From IMG/VR virus record IMGVR_UViG_3300035492_000037: a DNA stretch of 64,000 nt. The stretch is one strand, 5' to 3'. This DNA is from a virus. Position numbers and translations under genes: made by a program. Position 1 is the stretch's first letter. Every line of letters starts with the position of its first letter. The notes below the pieces were generated by a model that was given only the letters and a program-made list of their open reading frames with translations, had not been told where the DNA came from and made no database searches. This document shows positions 9,462 to 18,568 of the stretch, in pieces.

Positions 9462-11092
9462 CGCAGATCACCTGGGGCAACCCGTACCGCGGGCTGTGCC
9501 GAAACAGCAGCATTGCCCTGCCCAACGGCGCGAGCCGTGCCTGCCCGCAACCGTGGGGCGAGACGACCGACGACTACGGGCAGACGCTATTGCAGCGCGG
9601 GCCCGGCGCCTATGTGGTGCGCAGCCCCGAGGAGGCCGCGCGCGACGCCGAGCTGGGCTACACCTGGCGCACCGACGCGCTGCTCGCCGGCTCGGATTTC
9701 GAGCTGTACGGCCAGGTGCTCGGCGGCTACATCTACTGCGCGCCGGACGGCAGCCGCTGGCACATCGCGGCCATGTGGCCGACCGTGCAGGCGCAGCAGC
9801 CGCTCACCCTGAACATCACCGCCACCCGTTTCGGCGAGTTCGATGGCGCCGCGCCTGTGGTCCAGAGCCTGGTTGCCACGCTCGCTGACCTCGGCCAGGC
9901 CGAGCCCGACCCGGCCAAACCGGTGAGCGGTACGGTGAGCATCGCCGTGTGCGACCTGCAACCGGACGGCAGCCGGGCGCTGCTCATGCTCTACCTGCCG
10001 TTTGCCGTGCTCCAGCAGTGGGGCTACAGCAACGCCAACATCGGCAAACGCCCGCTGGGCTGGCTCGAACTCACCCTCAGCGGCGGGGCGGCCGGCCTCA
10101 GTGCCAGCCTCGTCGTGGTGCGTACCCGCGCGCAGGCGCTCGGCATGGCCGTCATCCGCGAATCGAACTGGAGCGGCAGCGGCCAGCTGACCCTGGCCGG
10201 CCTCAGCTCGAGCAGCGTGGACATGGGCGACTACACCGAGGTCACCTACACCTACCAGCCCGGGCTGGGTGAGACGTTCGGCTACGACCACTTGGCCGCC
10301 GACAACGAAATCAGCCTCAGCAGCCGCATCCTGGCGCTGTGGTATGCCGGCGCCGGGTTCGAGGAACTGACCCTCGACTACAGCTGGACCGAGACCGGCG
10401 GCAATGCCGTCCCGCAGGAGTCCACCAGCGGCCAGCGCGTCGAGCACCACCCGAAATCCGGCGGCGCCGTCACTGTGGTTGAGGACAGCCTCGAGCACAG
10501 CGTCAGCCGCAGCGGTCAGCTGGACGGCACCCTTGCCATCACGCTGCGCCGCGGTGCCGAGGTGGTTGCGCAGATCACCGGAGCCGCCAGCAACGTCATG
10601 GCGCTGAGCCGTGTGCTCGCCTCGCCATCCGGCGCCTCGCAGAGTTGGACAGAGACCGGCAGCGGCACGCTGGACAGCGCCGCCGGATCGATCGCGGAGG
10701 TGAAGAATTTCGACGCCAACACCCCGTTTTTCACCTATGTCAGCACCTCGCGTCTGGCCCCGCAGCTGCCGGAGCCAACCACCAACCTGCCGCGCCTCCA
10801 GGCGCTGGCCGGCGGATTCGGCGCGGAGCTGTACATGACCGACTGGCAGCGCACCAACGTCGCGCCGCGGCGCTACAGCAACAACCTGCTCGGCCTGCTC
10901 GTCGAGAGCGGCCCCTACGATTTCGACGCGGCCGTGTACCACTACACCCGCCGCACCACGGTCGCCGCCTACCCGGGCGGTAGCGATGCCGGCGGCCTGG
11001 CGGCCAATGCGGGCACGGCCTACTACGGCAGCTACAACCCGGCCACTGGCGCCGTGATACGCGATCAAACCGAACCCGTCTGCTGGATCTGA
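9458..11092 (+). CDS. Putative virion tail protein
   Basis: 544 aa, ATGA overlap, beta-rich composition. Confidence 0.55.
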   Translation: MTQITWGNPYRGLCRNSSIALPNGASRACPQPWGETTDDYGQTLLQRGPGAYVVRSPEEAARDAELGYTWRTDALLAGSDFELYGQVLGGYIYCAPDGSRWHIAAMWPTVQAQQPLTLNITATRFGEFDGAAPVVQSLVATLADLGQAEPDPAKPVSGTVSIAVCDLQPDGSRALLMLYLPFAVLQQWGYSNANIGKRPLGWLELTLSGGAAGLSASLVVVRTRAQALGMAVIRESNWSGSGQLTLAGLSSSSVDMGDYTEVTYTYQPGLGETFGYDHLAADNEISLSSRILALWYAGAGFEELTLDYSWTETGGNAVPQESTSGQRVEHHPKSGGAVTVVEDSLEHSVSRSGQLDGTLAITLRRGAEVVAQITGAASNVMALSRVLASPSGASQSWTETGSGTLDSAAGSIAEVKNFDANTPFFTYVSTSRLAPQLPEPTTNLPRLQALAGGFGAELYMTDWQRTNVAPRRYSNNLLGLLVESGPYDFDAAVYHYTRRTTVAAYPGGSDAGGLAANAGTAYYGSYNPATGAVIRDQTEPVCWI

Positions 11093-11104
11093 CCGAGGAC
11101 AACC

Positions 11105-11728
11105 ATGGATTTCGTGAACAACTGGAGCCGGCCGATCACGCTGGCGGCCGGGGCGACCTCGCTCGCCCTCGATCTGCCGGACGGCAGCTACCGCCTGACC
11201 CTGGCCGACAAAGCGGCCGGCGCCACCCGCTGGGAGATCATCGACGCCAGCGTCGCCTCCGGCACCGCCACGCTCACCCGTGCGCAGGAGGGCACTACCG
11301 ATCAGGCCTGGCCAGAGGGTAGCGTTATCTATTGCGCGCTCACGGCCGGCACCTTGGCCGATCTGTCCGCCCCTGCGGCGCCGGCGCGCTCTCCGGTCGT
11401 GCGGGTAGGCGCATCGCGATCGCTCACGCTCGCCGACGAGGGGGCGTTCGTGAAAATGACCAGCGGCAACATTGAGCTGACGGTGCCAGCCGAGGCCGAC
11501 GTGCCCTGGCCAGCCGGCGCGCAGATCACATTCGCCGGCTGGGGCGGCTACAGCATTGTCGGTGCTCCGGCCGGGGGTGACTACGTGGGTTTCATGTTCG
11601 GCGACTCGTTCGACAACAACATCCAGTCGGCGAGCGAATACGCCGTCATCACCATCAAGCGCATCGACGTCGATACCTGGATTGCCTGGGGCGATTTCAT
11701 GGCGAGCGCCGGACCAATCATCGCGTAA
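11105..11728 (+). CDS. Putative tail fibre-associated protein
   Basis: GAGG RBS; LTRAQEGT..WPEGS motif seen in tail fibre N-termini. Confidence 0.5.
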   Translation: MDFVNNWSRPITLAAGATSLALDLPDGSYRLTLADKAAGATRWEIIDASVASGTATLTRAQEGTTDQAWPEGSVIYCALTAGTLADLSAPAAPARSPVVRVGASRSLTLADEGAFVKMTSGNIELTVPAEADVPWPAGAQITFAGWGGYSIVGAPAGGDYVGFMFGDSFDNNIQSASEYAVITIKRIDVDTWIAWGDFMASAGPIIA

Positions 11729-11743
11729 TCGTCGGAGCATCCC

Positions 11744-12322
11744 ATGCTGCCAGCAAAACTCGATCTGCATATCGTGCAGGGCTCGACCCTGCGCGACACC
11801 CTGCGGCTGATGCAGCCGCGCTACGAATACCGGCCAATCACCGCCCTCGGCGGCTCGCCGCTGCGCCTGACCGTCGACCACGGCCTGCCGGGTAACTGGC
11901 TGGCCTGGGTGCAGGGCGTGAGCGGCATGCAGGGCGTAAACCGATCGCCCCAAACCGAGCACCCGCATCGCGTCAGCGTCGTTGACGACGCCACGCTGGA
12001 AATCAACGCGCTCTCGGCGTTTGGGCTCAGCCCCAGCGGCGGCCAACTGATCTACAAACCGCCCGTTGACCTGACCGGCGCCACCGCCCGCATGCAGATC
12101 CGCGCGCAAGTCGGCGGGGCGGTGCTGCTCGAGCTGACCACCGCCAATGGCGGCCTGGCGTTCACCGGCCCCGGCACCATCACCCGCACCCTGAGCGCAG
12201 CACAAACCGCAGCGCTCACCTGGACCGAGGCCGTCTATGACCTCGAGGTCGAGTACGCCGACGGCACCGTCCAGCGCTACCTGCAGGGGGACGTCACCGT
12301 GAGCCGCGAGGTGACCGTATGA
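11744..12322 (+). CDS. Putative baseplate-upper/tail adaptor protein
   Basis: LDLHIVQGST and PVDLTGATARMQIR…AVYDLEV motifs. Confidence 0.55.
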   Translation: MLPAKLDLHIVQGSTLRDTLRLMQPRYEYRPITALGGSPLRLTVDHGLPGNWLAWVQGVSGMQGVNRSPQTEHPHRVSVVDDATLEINALSAFGLSPSGGQLIYKPPVDLTGATARMQIRAQVGGAVLLELTTANGGLAFTGPGTITRTLSAAQTAALTWTEAVYDLEVEYADGTVQRYLQGDVTVSREVTV

Positions 12323-12600
12323 GCACCGTCGCGATCTGCGGTGACCCGGAGGTGCTGGTCATCGAGCACGGCGCCGAATACGCCGTCGGCCTGGAGCCGG
12401 ACGCAGAGACGGCTGTCGTCATGGCCGGCGAGCAGGGCCCGCCAGGGCCGCCTGGCCGTGACGCACCCGGCGCCGGCGGTGCGCCACTGATCAGCAACGA
12501 CCCCAGCAACCGCCTGACCCAGGGCAGCGACGACGGCCTCTACGTCCTCGACGACCTCGCGCCCGATCCGCTCGCCTATTACATCCTCGCAAAAGGCTGA
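12319..12600 (+). CDS. Small tail protein with a short collagen-like GxP stretch
   Basis: GEQGPPGPPG; ISNDPSNRLTQGSDDGLYV. Confidence 0.55.
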   Translation: MSTVAICGDPEVLVIEHGAEYAVGLEPDAETAVVMAGEQGPPGPPGRDAPGAGGAPLISNDPSNRLTQGSDDGLYVLDDLAPDPLAYYILAKG

Positions 12601-12604
12601 CTCC

Positions 12605-13099
12605 ATGACCCTCGAAACCAAGATCATCGCCGTCGTTCAAGCCATCGGCGCCGACATCAAAGACCTGCGCACCAAACAAGGCGACCTCACCGCACTGAGC
12701 ACAACTGCCAAGAGCAATCTCGTCGCGGCGATCAACGAACTGTACGGCCTGCTGGGTTCCTCCGGTGCCGTTATCGATGACGCAGCCGGCGACGGCGCTA
12801 CGGCTGTCACCTGGTCGGCCGACAAGATCTTCGACACGATCGAAGCGGCCAAGGCGGCGGTGAAGGCCGAACTCACCGACGGCGCCTCGACCGCACTCGA
12901 CACCCTGGCCGAACTGGCCGACGCGCTGGGCAACGACCCGAACTACGCCGCCACCATTGCCACCGAACTGGGAAACCGCGTGCGCTACGACGCCGCGCAA
13001 ACCCTCACTGCCGCGCAAAAGCTGCAGGCCTGCCAGAACATCGGTGTCGGTGACCCCGAGCACGATTTCGTTGCGGACTACACCACAGCCAAGGCGTAA
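12605..13099 (+). CDS. Fibre-like virion protein
   Basis: ALDTLAELADALGNDPNYA motif common in phage fibre proteins. Confidence 0.6.
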   Translation: MTLETKIIAVVQAIGADIKDLRTKQGDLTALSTTAKSNLVAAINELYGLLGSSGAVIDDAAGDGATAVTWSADKIFDTIEAAKAAVKAELTDGASTALDTLAELADALGNDPNYAATIATELGNRVRYDAAQTLTAAQKLQACQNIGVGDPEHDFVADYTTAKA

Positions 13100-13102
13100 A
13101 TC

Positions 13103-14362
13103 ATGAGCCTACAGCAGAGAGTCACGGCGCTTGCGCAGGCCGTAGGTGCGGATATTCGAAAGCTCGATGTGTCGCGGCACCCAGCAATCCGCCCTTCTTT
13201 GCGGTTGGATTTCATCAACTGTGCGCGGCTCGACCCGCGCATCACCTTCACCCGCGCCTCGGGTGGCGGTCGCCTCAACGCATCCGGCCAGTACGAATGG
13301 CTCCCCGCCAATCAGCCACGCTTCGACTTCGACCCTGTTACAGGTGAGGCGAAGGGGCTGCTGATCGAGGAGCAGCGGACGAATTTGCTACTGAACAGTA
13401 GCTCCTTGGCAGGATTTGGAGGGTTTAACGGCGCCACTATCACCGAAGACACTGAAACTTCTCCAGATGGCGTTAACAAATTCAAGCGTGTTAACCTGAG
13501 TGCGGGGACTTCGGCTTATGTTTCTCTCTCAGCAGTAAGTAGCTATGGCGCAACGACTCTAACCTATTCGTTCTTTGTAAAAGGGGTGGCGGGCGAGACC
13601 GTTGTTGTAAAGTTCAACACAAACGCACAAGCAAGCATCACGGCTTCAGATGGGAATTACACGGAAGTTACCATTGCCAAGAAAACCGTAATCCTAAACG
13701 GTTCAGTTCAGCGGCTCAGTATTACCGTAACGCTAAGTGCTGCGATAACTTCCGGGTACGTGTATCTCGGGGATCGACGTGGAGGTGAGACTGCCACTTC
13801 GTACCTGGTCTGGGGCGCCCAACTAGAAGCCGGCTCCTTCCCCACTTCCTACATCCCCACAACCACCGCCCAAGTAACCCGCGCTGCCGACGTGGCTAGC
13901 GTGAACACGTTGTCGCCGTGGTTCAACGCGAGCGAGGGGACGTTGTTTGTGGAGGTAGTGCCAGGACAAATAACTACGGCTAATTGGGCGGCCGCTCTCA
14001 GCAACTCGGCCACAGGCCTGAGTGACTTAATCGACCTGGGTTGGGGTTCTGCTTCGGGTACGACCCGGCCTACAAGAGGTCGTGTTCTGACCGGTGGTGT
14101 GACTCAGACGGAACAACAACTCGCAAATACAGTGGAGTCTGGTCAGCCAATCAAGATGGCCATCGCCTACGCCGCGAACAGTGTCCAGACTGCCGCTCGG
14201 GGCGTGGCGTCCGCTGAGGATACGTCAGCGGTAATCCCGGTGGTTGATCGCCTCCAGATCGGCAGGGTCGGAGCCTACGGCTATTCGCCCGGCCACATCC
14301 GCTCGATCCGCTACTACCCCAAACGTCTCTCCAACACCGAACTAAAGGCGATGACCGCATGA
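13103..14362 (+). CDS. Spike/fibre protein with carbohydrate-binding and LamG-like modules
   Basis: TFTRASGG..PRFDFDP..GLLIEEQRTNLL and WGAQLEAGSFPTSYIPT motifs; GHIRSIRYYPKRLSN C-terminus. Confidence 0.65.
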   Translation: MSLQQRVTALAQAVGADIRKLDVSRHPAIRPSLRLDFINCARLDPRITFTRASGGGRLNASGQYEWLPANQPRFDFDPVTGEAKGLLIEEQRTNLLLNSSSLAGFGGFNGATITEDTETSPDGVNKFKRVNLSAGTSAYVSLSAVSSYGATTLTYSFFVKGVAGETVVVKFNTNAQASITASDGNYTEVTIAKKTVILNGSVQRLSITVTLSAAITSGYVYLGDRRGGETATSYLVWGAQLEAGSFPTSYIPTTTAQVTRAADVASVNTLSPWFNASEGTLFVEVVPGQITTANWAAALSNSATGLSDLIDLGWGSASGTTRPTRGRVLTGGVTQTEQQLANTVESGQPIKMAIAYAANSVQTAARGVASAEDTSAVIPVVDRLQIGRVGAYGYSPGHIRSIRYYPKRLSNTELKAMTA

Positions 14363-14886
14363 AGACAGTTTCTAAAGTAGACCGCACGCAGAAAGGGTGG
14401 ATCAACAACTGTGAGGTCACCGATAGCGGGTGCTGGGTGTGGAGATTCGCCAAAAATCGAGACGGATACGGGACTCTCTACAAGTCAATAGAGAAGAAAG
14501 CTTACCGTGCGCACAGATATGCCTATGAGCTGTTTGTCGGCCCGATACCGCGCGGACTAGAGATAAGACATCAATGCTTCAACCGAGCGTGCGTAAATCC
14601 AGCTCACTTACTGCCGGGGACGCACCGAGAGAATGTGATGGACACCATCAATGCCGGGCTGCATTCGTATAGCCACGCCAAAGCCCCCAAGCCCGAAGAG
14701 CATCGAAGGAAGATCGCCGAGGGAGTCAGGGCGTCGACGAGCATTCTTAGCGAGGACGATGTGCGCGACATACGCGAGCGGTATGCGGCAGGCGAATCCA
14801 GCAAAAAGCTCCGCGAGATGTATGGGGTGAGCCGTTCAACCATCTACTCCATTACATCAAGAAGAGGCTGGAAATATGTTGCGTGA
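14359..14886 (+). CDS. HNH homing-endonuclease-like protein
   Basis: GCWVW..GYG…AHRYAYE…EIRHQCFNRACVNPAHL..GTHREN; C-terminal HTH. Confidence 0.85.
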   Translation: MKTVSKVDRTQKGWINNCEVTDSGCWVWRFAKNRDGYGTLYKSIEKKAYRAHRYAYELFVGPIPRGLEIRHQCFNRACVNPAHLLPGTHRENVMDTINAGLHSYSHAKAPKPEEHRRKIAEGVRASTSILSEDDVRDIRERYAAGESSKKLREMYGVSRSTIYSITSRRGWKYVA

Positions 14887-15142
14887 TTACTACCTGCAAA
14901 CGGCAGACGAACCCACCATGCGCGCCGCCCTGATCGCTGCTGGCGTGACGGATGACGAGGGCAACTCAACTCCCAGCCATGCGGTATCGGTCATCGGGAC
15001 ATGGTACGAGCAGCCAGACCCGGAAATCGAGCCTGTGGCGCTGCCCGGCTGGCACTTCAACGTCCGCTCCGCCGAGCCTGTCGAGTGGCCGGATAGCGTG
15101 ACGCTGGCTCAGCCGAAAACGCCGTGGAGGGTGTGGGGATGA
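14876..15142 (+). CDS. Small hypothetical virion-associated protein
   Basis: 88 aa; LPGWHFNVR and PKTPWRVW motifs typical after spike genes. Confidence 0.55.
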   Translation: MLRDYYLQTADEPTMRAALIAAGVTDDEGNSTPSHAVSVIGTWYEQPDPEIEPVALPGWHFNVRSAEPVEWPDSVTLAQPKTPWRVWG

Positions 15143-15456
15143 TCCGCGCGCTGATCCTCGCAGCCCTGCTTCTGGCAGGCTGCGACCAGGCTCCGGCACA
15201 GATCGAGCGCACCGAAGCCCTGGTGCATATCCGCCTGGTGGATCAGATCGACTACCGACCGGGCTACGACGCGCTCGGTCTGTCCCGCTGCGCCAACGGT
15301 GTGTGCGTGGTCGAGATTCGCCGCGACCTGTACCCGGCCTGCGTCACCCACGAGATACGGCATGTGTTCGAGGGTGACTGGCACGCAGGGCGAGAAACAA
15401 CTGAGGGGTGTGAATTATGGGTAGCATCGGAACCGGACCAAACCAGATTCCCGTAG
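15139..15456 (+). CDS. Putative lipoprotein with an HExxH motif
   Basis: Signal peptide with LAGC lipobox; CVTHEIRH. Confidence 0.55.
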   Translation: MIRALILAALLLAGCDQAPAQIERTEALVHIRLVDQIDYRPGYDALGLSRCANGVCVVEIRRDLYPACVTHEIRHVFEGDWHAGRETTEGCELWVASEPDQTRFP

Positions 15457-16568
15457 CAGGCATGCTCGGGACGATGGCGTTTCAGGACGCTGAGTCGGTC
15501 AATATCGAGGCGGGCCTGATCGGCACCAAGACTGTCGCCGAGCTGAATACCGCCGCATCGGACGCCCGCGAATGGACGGCTGAAACCGTCACGCAGACCG
15601 AGGCGGAGCAGGGCACGGGCACCACCCGCCGCGCATGGACGGCAGAGCGCGTGCGCCAGGCCATCGCTGCTTGGTGGGCTGCCAGCGCGATGAAGACGAA
15701 GCTGGACGGCATCGCTACCGGCGCCACGGCGAATGACACGGATGCCCAGCTGCGCGACCGGTCAACTCATACCGGCACCCAGGCGATCAGCACGGTGACT
15801 GGGCTGCAAACGGTGCTCGACGGGAAGATCAACGCTAGCGAGCGCGGTGTTTCGGGCGGCATCCCGACGCTGGACGAGTTCGCGCGGATTCCGCCCAGCC
15901 AGCTGCCGAGCTACGTCGAGGATCTGGCGCGCCTGGCGCCCGCCCCTTCGATTTCTGGTCAGTTCGTCTGGACGGCATCCGGGTGGGAAGCTGTTTCAGC
16001 CTCGAACCTCACCGGCTTGGCAGAAGCGATGTCCAACAAGTTGTCGACATCTGGGGGGAGCGTGTCAGGCAAGCTGACCGTCGACTTCAATGTTGGGGCC
16101 TCACCCACTTACGCCGATGGGCAAATCGAGCTTCGGAGTACAGATGGTGGCGACGTTTCTCTGGGCTTCCACCGCAGTGGCTACACGGCATGTCAGCTTC
16201 GCCACTCGAACAATGGGTTGATTCTTTCTGGAACAAGCAGGACTGCGGCAGCCGATCTGTACGTTTACGGAACCATTACGGCAGCATCTGACGTTAGGCT
16301 CAAGCGCGACATTCGAGTTATCGATGACGCCACTTCCCGGATAAGATCGCTGCGCGGAGTCACGTTTACTGCCATTTCGTCAGGCGAAAGGCTCACTGGA
16401 GTTATAGCTCAGGAAGTTCTAAGTGTTTTGCCGGAGGCGGTGAAGCTCGGCGAAGACGGTTTTTATTCTGTTGCGTATGGGAGCCTTGTTGGCCTGCTGA
16501 TTGAAGCTCTCAAAGAGCAGGCGGCGCGAATCGACAAGCTGGAGTCCGCCCATGACGCTCCCCAGTAG
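15417..16568 (+). CDS. Tail fibre with C-terminal peptidase S74 (intramolecular chaperone) domain
   Basis: ASDVRLKRDI…GVIAQEV..LPEAV…VAYGSLVGLLIEALKE. Confidence 0.8.
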   Translation: MGSIGTGPNQIPVAGMLGTMAFQDAESVNIEAGLIGTKTVAELNTAASDAREWTAETVTQTEAEQGTGTTRRAWTAERVRQAIAAWWAASAMKTKLDGIATGATANDTDAQLRDRSTHTGTQAISTVTGLQTVLDGKINASERGVSGGIPTLDEFARIPPSQLPSYVEDLARLAPAPSISGQFVWTASGWEAVSASNLTGLAEAMSNKLSTSGGSVSGKLTVDFNVGASPTYADGQIELRSTDGGDVSLGFHRSGYTACQLRHSNNGLILSGTSRTAAADLYVYGTITAASDVRLKRDIRVIDDATSRIRSLRGVTFTAISSGERLTGVIAQEVLSVLPEAVKLGEDGFYSVAYGSLVGLLIEALKEQAARIDKLESAHDAPQ

Positions 16569-17091
16569 CGGAACCATGACCACTGCGCAGCTGGCGCAAG
16601 AGTTGTACGGCAACAGCGGTGCCCCTGTAACGATACCGGATGCCGCCACCAGAGCGCTGACGGGTAAATCGACTGGCACGCTGGTGTTTCCTACTGATTT
16701 CTATGGCAAATCAGCCCGCTACGCCATCACCGCCACATTCGCGACATACCAGACCCTGACGACGGGCTACAGTCGTGGCGTGTACGGCTCGATCAGCCCG
16801 GCCTATGCCAACGTCGACGGCGTAACCAATGCCTCCGGCGCGGCGGGGCAGATCGACCTGCTGGCCACGACTCAGGACGAAGCGACGCTCGCCTATTCGC
16901 TCGAACTGGTCATTGTCGGCAGCTACACCCTAGCCAGCCTGCCATTCACGACCATGCGCGTAGCGGACGCCAACAACGTGACCTACAACAAGAGCGCCGC
17001 CACGCTGACCGTATCGGGCGGCAAGACCACGCTGCGCTGGGCGAATGCTGCGCGGTTCTTCACGGGGTCGGCGGCTGTCGTGTTCGGGTAG
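16552..17091 (+). CDS. Hypothetical fibre-associated protein
   Basis: MTLPSSGTMT N-terminus and FPTDFYGKS motif typical of genes after S74 fibres; GGAG RBS. Confidence 0.55.
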   Translation: MTLPSSGTMTTAQLAQELYGNSGAPVTIPDAATRALTGKSTGTLVFPTDFYGKSARYAITATFATYQTLTTGYSRGVYGSISPAYANVDGVTNASGAAGQIDLLATTQDEATLAYSLELVIVGSYTLASLPFTTMRVADANNVTYNKSAATLTVSGGKTTLRWANAARFFTGSAAVVFG

Positions 17092-17108
17092 CAGAGTTTC
17101 AGCCACAT

Positions 17109-17130
17109 CCCCGCCAGTCGGGGTTTTTTT
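17109..17130 (+). terminator. Intrinsic terminator
   Basis: CCCCG-CCAGT-CGGGG followed by a T run. Confidence 0.6.
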
Positions 17131-17146
17131 GCCTGGAAGAAAAATC

Positions 17147-17659
17147 ATGACCCTCTCTGAAATACGGGAGCGAGCCATAGCGCCCGCTCTCGCGCTGCTG
17201 CCTGCGCGGATGTCGAGCCGAGAGGCTGAGATTATGTTGCTAGCTATCGGGCTGCAGGAAAGCAGCTTCGTCCACCGTCGCCAGATGGGAAACGGCCCGG
17301 CCCGGTCGTTCTGGCAGGGTGAGCTCGGTGGCGGGATGGTGGCTGGCGTTCGCACGCATGAGGCCACAAAGGCCCATGCCGCAGCGCTGTACCGCGCCCG
17401 CGGCGTTGCTCCTGACAACCGATCGATCTGGAGCGCTATTGAGCATGACGACGTGCTCGCCGCTGGCCTGGCTCGCCTGCTGCTGTGGAGCGATCCCGGC
17501 CGGCTTCCGAGCTCGGATGACGTGGAAGGCGGTTGGCGGCTGTACCTGAAGACGTGGCGCCCTGGCGCATACGAACGCGGAACTGCTGAGCAACGCGCAG
17601 AGCTCCGCGCCAAGTGGGGCCGGAACTTCGCCGCGGCCGTGCGCGAGGTGATGCGATGA
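17147..17659 (+). CDS. Endolysin (lysozyme-like, Pseudomonas-prophage type)
   Basis: LLAIGLQES..HRRQ.GNGPARSFWQ.E…YLKTWRPG; directly upstream of the spanin genes. Confidence 0.75.
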   Translation: MTLSEIRERAIAPALALLPARMSSREAEIMLLAIGLQESSFVHRRQMGNGPARSFWQGELGGGMVAGVRTHEATKAHAAALYRARGVAPDNRSIWSAIEHDDVLAAGLARLLLWSDPGRLPSSDDVEGGWRLYLKTWRPGAYERGTAEQRAELRAKWGRNFAAAVREVMR

Positions 17660-18171
17660 CCGCCTGGCTGAAACTCGTGCCCGGCTGGGCCTATTGGCTG
17701 CTGGCCCTGGCCGTTGTAGCCGGCGGGCAGCAGATCCGGGTGCTATCGGCGCAGTCTGACGCCGCGCAGGCAAGAACCGATCTTGCCGACTACAGGACCG
17801 AGGTTAGCGAGCGCGACCGCCGCGCTGCGCTGTTCGTCATTCAGGAAAACCAGCGGCGCCAGGCCGCGACGGAGAAAGCAGATGCAGAGGCACAGGAACA
17901 ACTGGCTGCCGCACGTAGCGATGCTGAGCGTGCTGGTAGTGCTCTTGAGCGCCTGCAGCAGCGCCTCGCCGCAGCTGAGCAACGCAGTCGTGACGCCGGC
18001 AATGCCATCACTGCCCAGCTCAGCCAGGCAGCCGAAAGCGCCGCCCGAGTGCGAGCCGACCTGCTCGGCAGGGTTGGAGAGGCTGCTGAACTCTATGCTG
18101 GAGTCGCCGACGAGCGAGGAATAGCTGGGTCTGCGTGTGAGAAAGCGTATGACGCTGTGAAGGGGGATTAG
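17656..18171 (+). CDS. i-spanin (Rz-like)
   Basis: N-terminal TM, long coiled coil, C-terminal GSACEKAY; follows the endolysin. Confidence 0.8.
   Translation: MTAWLKLVPGWAYWLLALAVVAGGQQIRVLSAQSDAAQARTDLADYRTEVSERDRRAALFVIQENQRRQAATEKADAEAQEQLAAARSDAERAGSALERLQQRLAAAEQRSRDAGNAITAQLSQAAESAARVRADLLGRVGEAAELYAGVADERGIAGSACEKAYDAVKGD
17882..18124 (+). CDS. o-spanin (Rz1-like) lipoprotein embedded out of frame in the i-spanin
   Basis: GGAG RBS; hydrophobic core plus LSAC lipobox; Pro-rich mature part with two Cys. Confidence 0.7.
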   Translation: MQRHRNNWLPHVAMLSVLVVLLSACSSASPQLSNAVVTPAMPSLPSSARQPKAPPECEPTCSAGLERLLNSMLESPTSEE

Positions 18172-18533
18172 AGTTGCCCGGACGGGCGAGGACGGTAGAC
18201 CGGAACGCCGGCCTCCTGTGCTGCGGTGATCATGTCTTGCGTTCCGCGGCCGCCCAGGAAGGCGACCACGCCGTCTGGCTTCAGTTCGAGCATCTGCCTG
18301 TTCCGGATCGGCCCGGCGCGCTTGCCGTACTTCTCCCATTCGGCCCGGCACCTGGTGAGGGTCTTGCCCATATTAACTGCCCACTCCCGCGCCCACCGAT
18401 CGGCCCCGGTAGGGCACTCGCCCTGGATGATTTCGGAGATACCGCGGAGCGTGTGGATCTTGTCGAGCACCTGAAACACGAACGCCCGGTCGGTATAGTC
18501 GCGACCGCCGCAGACGATGATTCGGACGGGCAT
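18168..18533 (-). CDS. YspA-like SLOG-family protein
   Basis: RIIVCGGRDY…IIQGECPTGAD..A..WA…AEW.KYGKRAGPIRN.QM…VVAFLGGRGT.DM; GGAGG RBS. Confidence 0.8.
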   Translation of the reverse strand: MPVRIIVCGGRDYTDRAFVFQVLDKIHTLRGISEIIQGECPTGADRWAREWAVNMGKTLTRCRAEWEKYGKRAGPIRNRQMLELKPDGVVAFLGGRGTQDMITAAQEAGVPVYRPRPSGQL

Positions 18534-18568
18534 TTTGACCTTTCCTCCAGCGCCTTGCTTGAATTCTG

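Noticed and set aside
9587-12205. 872-aa minus-strand ORF
   Set aside because: Antisense shadow of GC-rich tail genes; no motif, and it overlaps four coupled plus-strand genes
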